From Squalus acanthias (lineage: Eukaryota): a DNA stretch of 64,000 nt. The DNA is taken from the NCBI GenBank assembly GCA_030390025.1, contig JASTWF010000034.1:5828001-5892000 (forward strand), in the 5' to 3' direction. Position numbers and translations under genes: made by a program. Under the pieces are notes generated by a model. It was not told the DNA's origin, ran no database searches, and was given only the letters and a program-made list of their open reading frames with translations. This document shows, one piece after another, positions 39,525 to 52,000 of this stretch (position 1 is its first letter; each line of letters begins with the position of its first letter).

Positions 39525-40020
39525 ATTTGAGGGGTGAGGCCATGGTGGGATTTGAACATGAGGAGAAGAATAGTTAAATCGAGTTGTTGCCGGATCGGCA
39601 GCCAATGTTGGTCAGTGATCACAGGGGTGATGGGTGAACGGGACATGATGTGTGTTAGGATATGGGCAGCAGAGTTTTGGATGAGCTCTAGTTTATGGAG
39701 GCTTGTTACTGGGAGGCCGGCCAGGAGAGTATTGGAATAGTCGAGTCTGGATATAACAAAGGCACGGATGAGGGTTTATGCAGCGGAAGGGCTGAGGTGG
39801 AGCGGAGATGGGTGAAATTTTGGGGGCGGTAGTCGGCAGGAATGGTGATTCAGAAGATATGAGTTCGGAACTCAGCTCAGGGACAAAGAGATCGCAGAGG
39901 TTGCAAACAGCCTGGTTCAGCCTCAGACATTGACCAGGGAGGGGGACTGAATCGGTAGATAGAGAATGGAGTTTGTGACGAGGACCGAAGACAATGGCTT
40001 CGCTCTTCCCAAGATTTAAA
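39525..40020 (-). mobile_element. L2-clade LINE RT C-terminal fragment
   Basis: SRLDYSN and ITPV..HWLPI; similar to 46700-47210. Confidence 0.75.
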
Positions 40021-40264
40021 TGACAAACAGTAATACAGTGAAACGTGATTTACAGACCCAATTTCTGGATATAGAGACTTACCAGGGACACCAACAGCAG
40101 CAAAGAATGAAGAATAGTAATACAGTTAGCAAAGGTTTGCAGGGTTAACAGCTGGATAGAGAGACGTACCAGAACAACAATCGCAACAAGGAGGGGAGAG
40201 TAAATGACAAGAACAGTAATACAGTAAAACATGGTTAACAGAATAGCTGGATAGAGAGACTTAC

Positions 40265-40445
40265 CAGGAACACCAACAGCAGCAAGGAGCGGATAGTAAA
40301 TGTATTGAATAATCTCAAGTGCCAAATCTATCCGAATGTTTAATGGTAGTCTATCATAAAGTGCTGAAAGAACGTGAATATCCGAGCTGAAACTCCTGCC
40401 CATTGTTGTAACATTCCAATCTACTGTTCTCAGATTCCGACCCAT
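40265..40445 (-). CDS. GPR139-like GPCR exon 1 (N-terminus + first half of TM1), apparently intact
   Basis: acaATGG start. Encodes MGRNLRTVDWNVTT...IIQYIYYPLLAAVGVP with an NVT sequon. Ends in canonical donor cctg|gtaagt, phase 1 (181 nt). Confidence 0.75.
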
Positions 40446-40573
40446 TGTTGTAACATTCCAATCTAATGATCTCAGATTCCGACTCCCTCTCTGTGGAGCA
40501 GCGCGCTGATCCCTGTCAGTGCCGGAGGTGATGCTGTCACTGACACTGTGGGATAACACATTGAAAGGAGTCC

Positions 40574-40721
40574 CTTATTAATAGAAGAGGGAAACCCTGC
40601 ACTGATACAATTAGAGTCCATGGAGACTGACATTAATTACAGTCACTAAACAAACATCTTCAGTTAACCCGTGGAGACTGACATTAATTACAGTCACTGA
40701 ACAAACAGCTTCAGTTAACCC
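40574..40721 (-). promoter_or_regulatory. Putative promoter of distal exon 1 with tandemly duplicated 51-bp upstream element
   Basis: Two copies of tgtttgtt(c/t)agtgactgtaattaatgtcagt (period 51), then gggtttccc and a TATA-like tattaataaggg. Confidence 0.62.
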
Positions 40722-40759
40722 CTTTCAATCCAACACTTTTTGTACCACAATAAAGTAGA

Positions 40760-41358
40760 ACATTTACCCGGTCCGGATGGGAAATATGAGGATTGCTGAG
40801 GGAAGGAATGGTGGAAATAGCGCAGGCTGTGGCCAGAATATTTCAATCCTCCTCGGATATGGGAGTGGTGCCATAGGACAGGAGGGTTGCAAATGTTACA
40901 CCCTGTTTAAAAAAGGAGAGAGGGATAAACCCTGTAACTGCAGGTCAGTCAGCCTAACGTCAGTGTTGGGAAAACTGTAGAGGCCATATTCACAGAGAAA
41001 AGTATCTGTCTTTGGAAAAAACATGGATTGATAAATGACAACCAGCATGGATATGTTAACGGCAAAGTGTGTCTGACAAACTTGATTAAGTTCTTTGATG
41101 AAGTAACGGAGAGAGTTGATGATGGTAGTGCGTTTGATGTTGTGTACATGGACATTCAAAATGCATTTGATGAAGTACAATTGAATAGACTTGTTAGGAC
41201 CAAAGGGACAGTGGCAGTGGGGATCTGACACTGGCTAAGGGACAGAAAACCGAGAGTAGTGGTGAACGGTTGTTGTTCAGACTGGAGGGAAGTGTACAGT
41301 GGTGTCCCCCAGATGTCGCTATTCGGACCAGTGCTCTTTTTGATATATATTAATGATA
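40760..41358 (+). mobile_element. CR1 RT fragment
   Basis: LFKKGERDKP, QHGY..GKVCLTNL, DVVYMD. Confidence 0.8.
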
Positions 41359-41459
41359 TAGACATATATATAGACATATATATATATATTCATATACATA
41401 TATACACACACACACATAGTGGGATAAGGTAGGCTTCAGGAGGACATCGACAGGCTGGT

Positions 41460-43135
41460 GAAATGAGCAAAGTGATGAAAGGTGCCGTCGACAGTGCTAT
41501 TATGTGGCACTTACTCTCTAATAATCTTCTCACCGATGGCCAGTTTGAGTTCCGGCAGGACCACTCGGCTCCAGACCTCATTACAGCCTTGGTCCAAACA
41601 TGGACAAAGGAGCTGAATTCCAGAGGTGAGGTGAGAGTGACTGCCCTTGACATCAAGGCAGCATTGGACTGAGTGCGGCATCAAGGAGCCCCAGTAAAAT
41701 TGTGTCAATGGAAAGCAGGGGGAAAACTCTCCACTGGCTCAAGTCATACCCGGCACAACGGAAGATGGTTGTGGTTTTTGGAGGTCAATCATCACAGCCC
41801 CAGGACATCGCTGCAGCAGTACATCAGGGCAGTGTCCTCGGCCCAACCATCTTCAGCTATTTCATCAATGACCTTCCCTCCATCCTATGGTCAGAAGTGG
41901 GGATGTTCGCTGATGATTGCTCAGTATTCAGTTCTATTCACAACTCCTCAGATAATGAAGCAGTCCATGCCCACATGCAGCAAGACCTGGATGACATTCA
42001 GCCTTGGGTTGATAAGTGGCAAGTAATAATCACACCAAACAAGTGCCAGGCAATGACAATCTCCAACAAGAGCCGCATCCCCTTGACATTCAATGGGATT
42101 ACCATCGCCAAATCCGTCACCATCAGTATCCTGGGGGGTTCCATTGACCAGAACCTTAACTGGACCAGCCACATAAATACTGTGGCTAAAAGAGCAGGTC
42201 AAGGCTGGGTATTCTGCGTCGAGTGTATCACCTCCTGACTCCCCAAATCCTTTCCACCATCTACAAGGCACAAGTAAGGAGTGTGATGGAATACTCTACA
42301 CTTGTCTGGATGAGTGCAGCTCCAACAACACAAGAAGCTCGACATCATCCAGGACAAAGCAGCCCACTTGATTGGTAGCCCATCCATCACCATAAACGGT
42401 TAGAGAGGGTGGTAAAAAGGGAGGGGGTCGCGGTATTGATTAAATAAACTATTACAGCTGTGAGGAGAGATGAAATGTTGGAGGGATCATCAAACGAGGC
42501 CATATGGGTCGAATGGAAAAACAAAAAAGGGGCGACCACACTGCTGGGAATGTACTCTCGACCCCCAAACAGTGAGAGGGAGATAGAAGAGCAAATATGT
42601 CGACACATTTCTGAGAAGTGCAAAAACTATAGGGCAGTAGTAGTAGGAGATTTGAACTACCCCAATATTAACTGGGATAAGCTGGGTTTGTTTTCCTTGG
42701 AACAGAGGAGGCCTACTCCTGCTCCTATTTCTTATGCTATGTTCTTAAACATTCACTCCCTCCACCAGCGGCGCACCGTGGCTGCAGTGTGTACCATCTA
42801 CAAGATGCACTGCAGCAACTTGCCAAGGTTTCTTCGGCAGTACCTCCCAAACATGCAGCCTCTACCACCTAGAAGGACAAGGGCAGCAGGAGCATGGGAA
42901 CACCATCACCTGTAACTTCCCCTCCAAGTCACACACCATCCTGACTTGGAAGTATATCACCATTCCTTCATTGTCGCTGGGTCAAAATCCTGCAACTCCC
43001 TCCATAACAGCACTGTGGGAGCGCCTTTCCATCACCGACTGCAGCGGTTCACCACCACCTTCTCAAGTGCAACTAGGGATGGGCAATAAATGCAAGGCGT
43101 GCCAGCGATGACCACAGCCCATGAATGAATAAAAA
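41460..43135 (+). mobile_element. CR1-group LINE (second family), RT to 3' end, interrupted by a CR1 EN fragment at ~42390-42745
   Basis: ALDIKAA, QGSVLGPTIF, FADD, 3' tail with aatgaataaaaaa. Confidence 0.8.
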
Positions 43136-43189
43136 AGAACAAAATAGATGGCAGATGAAATTCCATAAATTGCATCGATTTTAGAACGT

Positions 43190-44640
43190 TTGCCGCGGAT
43201 TGGAATGTAGCAAATGTAACCCCAATATTTAAGAAAGGAGGGAGAGAGAAAACGGGGAACTACAGACCAGTTTTCCTGACATCAGTAGTAGGGAAAATGC
43301 TAAAATATATTAAGGACGTAGTAACAGGGCACTTAGAAAATTATAATAGGATTGGGCAGAGTCAACACGGATTTATGAAAGGGAAATCGTGTTTGACAAA
43401 TTTGTTAGAGTTTTTTGAGGTTGTAACTAGCAGAACAGATAAGGGGGAGACAGTAGATGTGGTGGATTTGGATTTTCAGAAGACATTCGATAAGGGGCCG
43501 CACAAGAGGTTATTAAACAAAATGGGATTGGGGGTAATATTCTAGCATAGGTTGAGGATTGGTTAACGGACAGAAAACAGAGAATAGCAATAAACGATTC
43601 ATTTTCGGTTTGGCAGGCTGTAACTAGTGGGGTACCGCAAGAATCAGTGTTTGGGCCACAGCTATTTACGATATACATCAATGATTTGGATGAGGGGACC
43701 AAATGCAATATATCCAAGTTTGCTGATGATACAAAGCTGGGTGGGAATGTAAGTTGTGAGGAGGATGCAAGGAGGCTTCAAGGGGATATAGACAGGCTAA
43801 GTGAATGGGCAAGAACATGGCAAATGGAATATAATGTGGAGAAATGTGCAGTTAGGAAAAATAGTAAAGCAAGGTATGTTTTAAATGTTGAGAGATTGGG
43901 AAATGTTGGTGTTCAGAGGGACCTGGGTGTCCTTGTACATGAATCACTGAAAGGTAACATGCAGGTACAGCAAATAATTAGGAAAGCAAATGGTATGTTG
44001 GCCTTTATTACAAGAGGATTTGAATATAAGAGTAAAGACGTCTTACTGCAATTATATAAGGCCCTGGTGAGACCACACCAGGAGTACTGTGTACAGTTTT
44101 GGTCTCCTTACCTAAGGAAGGATATAATTGCCAAAGAGGGAGTGCAACGAAGGTTCACCAGACTGGTTCCTGGGATGGGGGGATTGTCCTATGAGAACAG
44201 ATTGAGTAGACTAGGCCTATGTTCTCTAGAGTTTAGAAGAATGAGAGGTAATCTCATGGAAATATATAAAATTCTTAGAGGGCTTAACAGGGTAGATGCA
44301 GGGAGGATGTTTCCCCTGGCTCGGGAGTCTAGAACAAGGGGTCACAGTCTCAGCAAAAGACGTCGGCCAGTTAGGTCCGAGATGAGGAGAAAATTCTTCA
44401 CTCGGAGGGTGGGGAATCTTTGCAATTCTCTACCCCAGAGGGCTGTGGATGCTCAGTCGTTGAGTATATTCAAGACAGAGATTGAAAGATTTTTGAATAT
44501 TAAGGGAATCAAGGGATATGGGGATAGTTCAGGAAAGTGGAGTTGAGGTAAAAGATCAGCCATGACCTTATTGAACGGCGGAGCAGGATCGATGGGCCGA
44601 ATGGCCTACTCCTGCTCCTATTTCATATGTTCCTATTTTC
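43190..44640 (+). mobile_element. CR1 RT to 3' end
   Basis: 299-aa ORF with FADDTKLGG and EYCVQFWSPYL; CR1 3' hairpin/tail. Confidence 0.9.
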
Positions 44641-44889
44641 TAAATCTCAATATCTATCCCTGTCTTTCTCTTCCCTCTGCCTCTCTCAGCCTGTCTGTCT
44701 CTCTCTGGCTGTCTGTGGCTCTCCCCCAGACTTTCTGTCTCTCTATTTCTATCTCTCAATCTGCCCACTCTCATTGTTTCTATTTCTCTCTGTGTCTGTC
44801 TGACTCGCTCTATGGCCCGCTCAATGACCCTCCCAATGTCTCGCTCTATGTTTCAGTCAATGTCTCTCTCAATGTCCCTCTCAATGTAT

Positions 44890-45155
44890 CCCTGATTTTA
44901 ATCACTCCACCATTGGTGGCCATGCCTTCAGCTGCCTGGGCCCTAAGCTCTGGAATTCTGTCCGTAAACCTCTCTGCCTCTCTCTCCTCCATCAAGACGC
45001 TCCTTAAAAATTACCTCTTTGACCAAGCTTTTGGTTATCTGCCCAAATATCTCCTTATGTGGCTCGATGTCAAATGTTGTTTGATAAACTCCTGTGAAGC
45101 GCCTTGGGACGTTTTACTACGTTAAAGGCGCTGTATAAATATAAGTTGTTGTGTT
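44890..45155 (+). mobile_element. L2 LINE 3' end
   Basis: ggccatgccttcagctgcctgggccctaagctctggaattc...aaaggcgctgtataaat; matches the reverse complement of 46360-46630. Confidence 0.7.
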
Positions 45156-45179
45156 TTGCTTAATTCCTATTTAAGAAAT

Positions 45180-46118
45180 AACAATTAACTTTACTCCCTT
45201 GTTTATTGGCTATCATACCCAATTTAACAATTAACTGTGACAGTTTTACCCTGTGTATTGGTTATCATACCCAATTTAACAATTAACTGTGACAGTTTTA
45301 CCCTGTGTATTGGTTATCATACCCAATTTAACAATTAACTGCAGCAGTTTTACCCTGTGTATTGGTTATCATACCCAATTTAACAATTAACTGTGACAGT
45401 TTTACCCTGTGTATTGGTTATCATACCCAATTTAGCAATTAACTGTGACAGTTTTACTCTGTATTGGTTATCATACCCAATTTAACAATTAACTGTGGCA
45501 GTTTTACCCTGTGTATTGGTTATCATACCCAATTTAACCATTAACTGTGACAGTTTTCACCCTGTGTATTGGTTATCATACCCAATTTAACAATTAACTG
45601 TGACAGTTTCACCCTGTGTATTGGTTATCATACCCAATTTAACAATTAACTGTGACAGTTTCACCCTGTGTATTGGTTATTATATCCAATTTAACAATTA
45701 ACTGTGACAGTTTTACCCTGTGTATTGGTTATCATACCCAATTTAACAATTAACTGTGGCAGTTTTACCCTGTGTATTGGTTATCATACCCAATTTAACC
45801 ATTAACTGTGACAGTTTCACCCTGTGTATTGGTTATCATACCCAATTTAACAATTAACTGTGACAGTTTCACCCTGTGTATTGGATATCATCCCCAATTT
45901 AACAATTAACTGTGAGAGTTTCACCCTGTGTATTGGTTATCATACCCAATTTAACAATTAACTGTGACAGTTTCACCCTGTGTATTGGTTATTATATCCA
46001 ATTTAACAATTAACTGTGACAGTTTTACCCTGTGTATTGGTTATCATACCCAATTTAACAATTAACTGTGACAGTTTTACCCTGTGTATTGATTATCCTA
46101 CCCAATTTAACCATTAAC
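45180..46118. repeat. 52-bp AT-rich minisatellite, ~18 copies
   Basis: Unit ttaacaattaactgtgacagttttaccctgtgtattggttatcatacccaat. Confidence 0.95.
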
Positions 46119-46354
46119 TAATGCACTTGTGTTTTATTTTTCAAGTCAAATTTAAATAACTGTAGCTCGTTTCCCCTCTATGCTTAATATGTCAATTTGT
46201 ACAAATAATTGCAACGTTCTGAATAAAATAATAAATAAGATCAGGAGTAGGTCCTGTGCTGCAATCTTTTTATTAGTTTTCATGTCCAATTTATCAAACA
46301 ACAGTGCCTTTGTTCCTCGGTGTATTGGTTACTACTTCCATTTTAAAACCACAT

Positions 46355-47375
46355 CAACAACAACAACGACGTGTATTTATATAGCGCCTTTAACGTAGTA
46401 AAACGTCCCAAGGCGCTGCTCAGGAGTTTAAGACACAAAATTGGCTCCGTTCCACATAAGGATAAATTAGGGCAGGTGACCAAAACCTTTTTCAAAGAGG
46501 TAGGTTTTAAGGAGCGTCTTCAAGGAGGAAATAGAAGTAGCGAGGCGGAGAGGTTGAGGTTGGGAATTCCAGAGCTTAGGGCCGAGGCAACAGAAGGCAC
46601 GGCCACCAAATGTTGAGCGATTATAATCAGGGATGCTGAAGAGGGCAGAATTAGAGGAGCGGAGATATCTCGGGGGGTTGTGGGGCTGAAGGAGATTAGA
46701 GATAGGAAGGGGCGAGGCCATGGAGGGATTTGAAAACAAGGATGAGAATTTTGAAATCGAGGTGCTGCTTAACCGGGAGCCAGTGTAGGTCAGCGAGCAC
46801 AGGGGAGATGGGTGAACGGGACTTGGTGCGAGTTAGGACACGGGCAGCCGAGTTTTGGATGACCTCAAGTTTACATAGGGTGGAATGTGGGAGGCCAGCC
46901 AGGAGTGCATTGGAATAGTCAAGTCTAGAAGTAACAAAGGCATGGATGAGGGTTTCAGCAGCGGATGAGATGAGGCAAGGGCGGAGACGGGCGATGTTAC
47001 GGAGGTGGAAGTAGGCGGCCTTTGTTATGCTGCGGATATGTGGTCGGAGGCTCACTTCAGGGTCAAATATTAAACCAATGTTGTGAACAGTGTGGTTCAG
47101 CCTCAGACAGATGTTAGGGAGAGGGATGGAGTCAGTGGCTAGGGAACGGTGTTGGTGGCAGGGACCGAAAACATGGCTTCGGTCTTCCCAATATATAATT
47201 GGAGAAACTTTTGGCTCATTCAGAACTGTATCTCGGACAAGCAGTCTGACAATTTAGACACTGTGAAGGGGTCGAGAGAAGAGGTAGTGAGGTAGAGCTG
47301 GGTGTCGTCAGCGTACATGTGGAAACTGACCTGTGTTTTGGATGATGTCACCAAGGGGCAACGAGTAGATGAGAA
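46355..47375 (-). mobile_element. L2-clade LINE, RT to 3' end
   Basis: YADDTQLY, AYFHLRNIARLR, SRLDYSNALLAGLP, (gtt)n tail. Confidence 0.88.
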
Positions 47376-47514
47376 ATCTCTCGCTCTATTCCCCTCTGTG
47401 CTGGTTGTCATGTTCAAGTTAACAATTAATGATAAATTTATTGCCCTGTGTCTTGCTGATCAAGCCCAATTTTCCAATTCACTGGATCTTTATTCCACTG
47501 TGTATTTGTTATCA

Positions 47515-47820
47515 GGGAGAGCCAGCCCAGATTTGTTGAAGGCAAATCGTGTTTGACTAAACTGATTGAGAGTTTTGATGAGGTAACAGGGTTGATGAGG
47601 GCTGTGCAGTTGATGTTCTGTATTCGGACATTCAAAAGGCGTTTGATAAAGTTACACATATTAGGCTTGTTAGCAAATTAAAGCCCGTGGGATAAAAGGG
47701 GCAGAGGCAGCATGGATACAAATTGGATCAGGGACAGAAAACACAGAATTGTGTTGAATGGCTGTCTTCGGGCTGGAGGGAGGTAAATAGTGGAGTTCAC
47801 CAGGGTTCAGTACTGGGGTC
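47515..47820 (+). mobile_element. CR1 RT fragment running into the 47-bp array
   Basis: GKSCLTKL, AFDKV, SGVHQGSVLG. Confidence 0.75.
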
Positions 47821-48572
47821 TGGAGGGAGGTATACAGTGGAGTTCCCCAGGGTTCAGTACTGGGGTCTGGAGGGAGGTATACAGTGGAGTTCCCCAGGGT
47901 TCAGTACTGGGGTCTGGAGGGAGGTATACAGTGGAGTTCCCCAGGGTTCAGTACTGGGGTCTGGAGGGAGGTATACAGTGGAGTTCCCCAGGGTTCAGTA
48001 CTGGGGTCTGGAGGGAGGTATACAGTGGAGTTCCCCAGGGTTCAGTACTGGGGTCTGGAGGGAGGTATACAGTGGAGTTCCCCAGGGTTCAGTACTGGGG
48101 TCTGGAGGGAGGTATACAGTGGAGTTCCCCAGGGTTCAGTACTGGGGTCTGGAGGGAGGTATACAGTGGAGTTCCCCAGGGTTCAGTACTGGGGTCTGGA
48201 GGGAGGTATACAGTGGAGTTCCCCAGGGTTCAGTACTGGGGTCTGGAGGGAGGTATACAGTGGAGTTCCCCAGGGTTCAGTACTGGGGTCTGGAGGGAGG
48301 TATACAGTGGAGTTCCCCAGGGTTCAGTACTGGGGTCTGGAGGGAGGTATACAGTGGAGTTCCCCAGGGTTCAGTACTGGGGTCTGGAGGGAGGTATACA
48401 GTGGAGTTCCCCAGGGTTCAGTACTGGGGTCTGGAGGGAGGTATACAGTGGAGTTCCCCAGGGTTCAGTACTGGGGTCTGGAGGGAGGTATACAGTGGAG
48501 TTCCCCAGGGTTCAGTACTGGGGTCTGGAGGGAGGTATACAGTGGAGTTCCCCAGGGTTCAGTACTGGGTCT
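47775..48572. repeat. 47-bp minisatellite from CR1 RT, >=17 near-identical copies
   Basis: Unit ggagggaggtatacagtggagttccccagggttcagtactggggtct; truncated by the gap. Confidence 0.95.
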
Positions 48573-49072
48573 NNNNNNNNNNNNNNNNNNNNNNNNNNNN
48601 NNNNNNNNNNNNNNNNNNNNNNNNNNNNNNNNNNNNNNNNNNNNNNNNNNNNNNNNNNNNNNNNNNNNNNNNNNNNNNNNNNNNNNNNNNNNNNNNNNNN
48701 NNNNNNNNNNNNNNNNNNNNNNNNNNNNNNNNNNNNNNNNNNNNNNNNNNNNNNNNNNNNNNNNNNNNNNNNNNNNNNNNNNNNNNNNNNNNNNNNNNNN
48801 NNNNNNNNNNNNNNNNNNNNNNNNNNNNNNNNNNNNNNNNNNNNNNNNNNNNNNNNNNNNNNNNNNNNNNNNNNNNNNNNNNNNNNNNNNNNNNNNNNNN
48901 NNNNNNNNNNNNNNNNNNNNNNNNNNNNNNNNNNNNNNNNNNNNNNNNNNNNNNNNNNNNNNNNNNNNNNNNNNNNNNNNNNNNNNNNNNNNNNNNNNNN
49001 NNNNNNNNNNNNNNNNNNNNNNNNNNNNNNNNNNNNNNNNNNNNNNNNNNNNNNNNNNNNNNNNNNNNNNNN
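48573..49072. other. Assembly gap (500 N)
   Basis: Run of N. Confidence 1.
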
Positions 49073-52000
49073 AAGAGACAGGACCAGTCACACAGGCTTT
49101 TAAAGAGACAGGACCAGTCACACAGGCTTTTTAAAGAGACAGGACCAGTCACACAGGCTTTTTAAAGAGACAGGACCAGTCACACAGGCTTTTTAAAGAG
49201 ACAGGACCAGTCACACAGGCTTTTTAAAGAGACAGGACCAGTCACACAGGCTTTTTAAAGAGACAGGACCAGTCACACAGGCTTTTTAAAGAGACAGGAC
49301 CAGTCACACAGGCTTTTTAAGAGACAGGACCAGTCACACAGGCTTTTTAAAGAGACAGGACCAGTCACACAGGCTTTTTAAAGAGACAGGACCAGTCACA
49401 CAGGCTTTTTAAAGAGACAGGACCAGTCACACAGGCTTTTTAAAGAGACAGGACCAGTCACACAGGCTTTTTAAAGAGACAGGACCAGTCACACAGGCTT
49501 TTTAAAGAGACAGGACCAGTCACACAGGCTTTTTAAAGAGACAGGACCAGTCACACAGGCTTTTTAAAGAGACAGGACCAGTCACACAGGCTTTTTAAAG
49601 AGACAGGACCAGTCACACAGGCTTTTTAAAGAGACAGGACCAGTCACACAGGCTTTTTAAAGAGACAGGACCAGTCACACAGGCTTTTTAAAGAGACAGG
49701 ACCAGTCACACAGGCTTTTTAAAGAGACAGGACCAGTCACACAGGCTTTTTAAAGAGACAGGACCAGTCACACAGGCTTTTTAAAGAGACAGGACAGTCA
49801 CACAGGCTTTCTAAAGAGACAGGACCAGTCACACAGGCTTTTTAAGAGACAGGACCAGTCACACAGGCTTTTTAAAGAGACAGGACCAGTCACACAGGCT
49901 TTTAAAGAGACAGGACCAGTCACACAGGCTTTTAAAGAGACAGGACCAGTCACACAGGCTTTTTAAAGAGACAGGACCAGTCACACAGGCTTTTTAAAGA
50001 GACAGGACCAGTCACACAGGCTTTTAAAGAGACAGGACCAGTCACACAGGCTTTTAAAGAGACAGGACCAGTCACACAGGCTTTTAAAGAGACAGGACCA
50101 GTCACACAGGCTTTTTAAGAGACAGGACCAGTCACACAGGCTTTTTAAGAGACAGGACCAGTCACACAGGCTTTTAAAGAGACAGGACCAGTCACACAGG
50201 CTTTTTAAAGAGACAGGACCAGTCACACAGGCTTTTTAAAGAGACAGGACCAGTCACACAGGCTTTTTAAAGAGACAGGACCAGTCACACAGGCTTTTTA
50301 AGAGACAGGACCAGTCACACAGGCTTTTAAAGAGACAGGACCAGTCACACAGGCTTTTTAAAGAGACAGGACCAGTCACACAGGCTTTTTAAAGAGACAG
50401 GACCAGTCACACAGGCTTTTTAAAGAGACAGGACCAGTCACACAGGCTTTTTAAAGAGACAGGACCAGTCACACAGGCTTTTTAAAGAGACAGGACCAGT
50501 CACACAGGCTTTTTAAAGAGACAGGACCAGTCACACAGGCTTTTTAAGAGACAGGACCAGTCACACAGGCTTTTTAAAGAGACAGGACCAGTCACACAGG
50601 CTTTTTAAAGAGACAGGACCAGTCACACAGGCTTTTTAAAGAGACAGGACCAGTCACACAGGCTTTTAAAGAGACAGGACCAGTCACACAGGCTTTTTAA
50701 AGAGACAGGACCAGTCACACAGGCTTTTTAAAGAGACAGGACCAGTCACACAGGCTTTTTAAAGAGACAGGACCAGTCACACAGGCTTTTTAAAGAGACA
50801 GGACCAGTCACACAGGCTTTTTAAGAGACAGGACCAGTCACACAGGCTTTTTAAAGAGACAGGACCAGTCACACAGGCTTTTTAAAGAGACAGGACCAGT
50901 CACACAGGCTTTTAAAGAGACAGGACCAGTCACACAGGCTTTTTAAAGAGACAGGACCAGTCACACAGGCTTTTTAAAGAGACAGGACCAGTCACACAGG
51001 CTTTTTAAAGAGACAGGACCAGTCACACAGGCTTTTTAAGAGACAGGACCAGTCACACAGGCTTTTTAAAGAGACAGGACCAGTCACACAGGCTTTTTAA
51101 AGAGACAGGACCAGTCACACAGGCTTTTTAAAGAGACAGGACCAGTCACACAGGCTTTTTAAAGAGACAGGACCAGTCACACAGGCTTTTTAAAGAGACA
51201 GGACCAGTCACACAGGCTTTTTAAAGAGACAGGACCAGTCACACAGGCTTTTTAAAGAGACAGGACCAGTCACACAGGCTTTTTAAAGAGACAGGACCAG
51301 TCACACAGGCTTTTTAAAGAGACAGGACCAGTCACACAGGCTTTTTAAAGAGACAGGACCAGTCACACAGGCTTTTTAAAGAGACAGGACCAGTCACACA
51401 GGCTTTTTAAGAGACAGGACCAGTCACACAGGCTTTTTAAGAGACAGGACCAGTCACACAGGCTTTTTAAAGAGACAGGACCAGTCACACAGGCTTTTTA
51501 AGAGACAGGACCAGTCACACAGGCTTTTTAAAGAGACAGGACCAGTCACACAGGCTTTTTAAGAGACAGGACCAGTCACACAGGCTTTTTAAAGAGACAG
51601 GACCAGTCACACAGGCTTTTTAAGAGACAGGACCAGTCACACAGGCTTTTTAAAGAGACAGGACCAGTCACACAGGCTTTTAAAGAGACAGGACCAGTCA
51701 CACAGGCTTTTTAAAGAGACAGGACCAGTCACACAGGCTTTTTAAAGAGACAGGACCAGTCACACAGGCTTTTTAAAGAGACAGGACCAGTCACACAGGC
51801 TTTTTAAAGAGACAGGACCAGTCACACAGGCTTTTTAAGAGACAGGACCAGTCACACAGGCTTTTTAAAGAGACAGGACCAGTCACACAGGCTTTTTAAA
51901 GAGACAGGACCAGTCACACAGGCTTTTTAAAGAGACAGGACCAGTCACACAGGCTTTTTAAAGAGACAGGACCAGTCACACAGGCTTTTTAAAGAGACAG

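Noticed and set aside
47723..49165. Long ORFs across the second gap
   Set aside because: 47-bp repeat plus N run.
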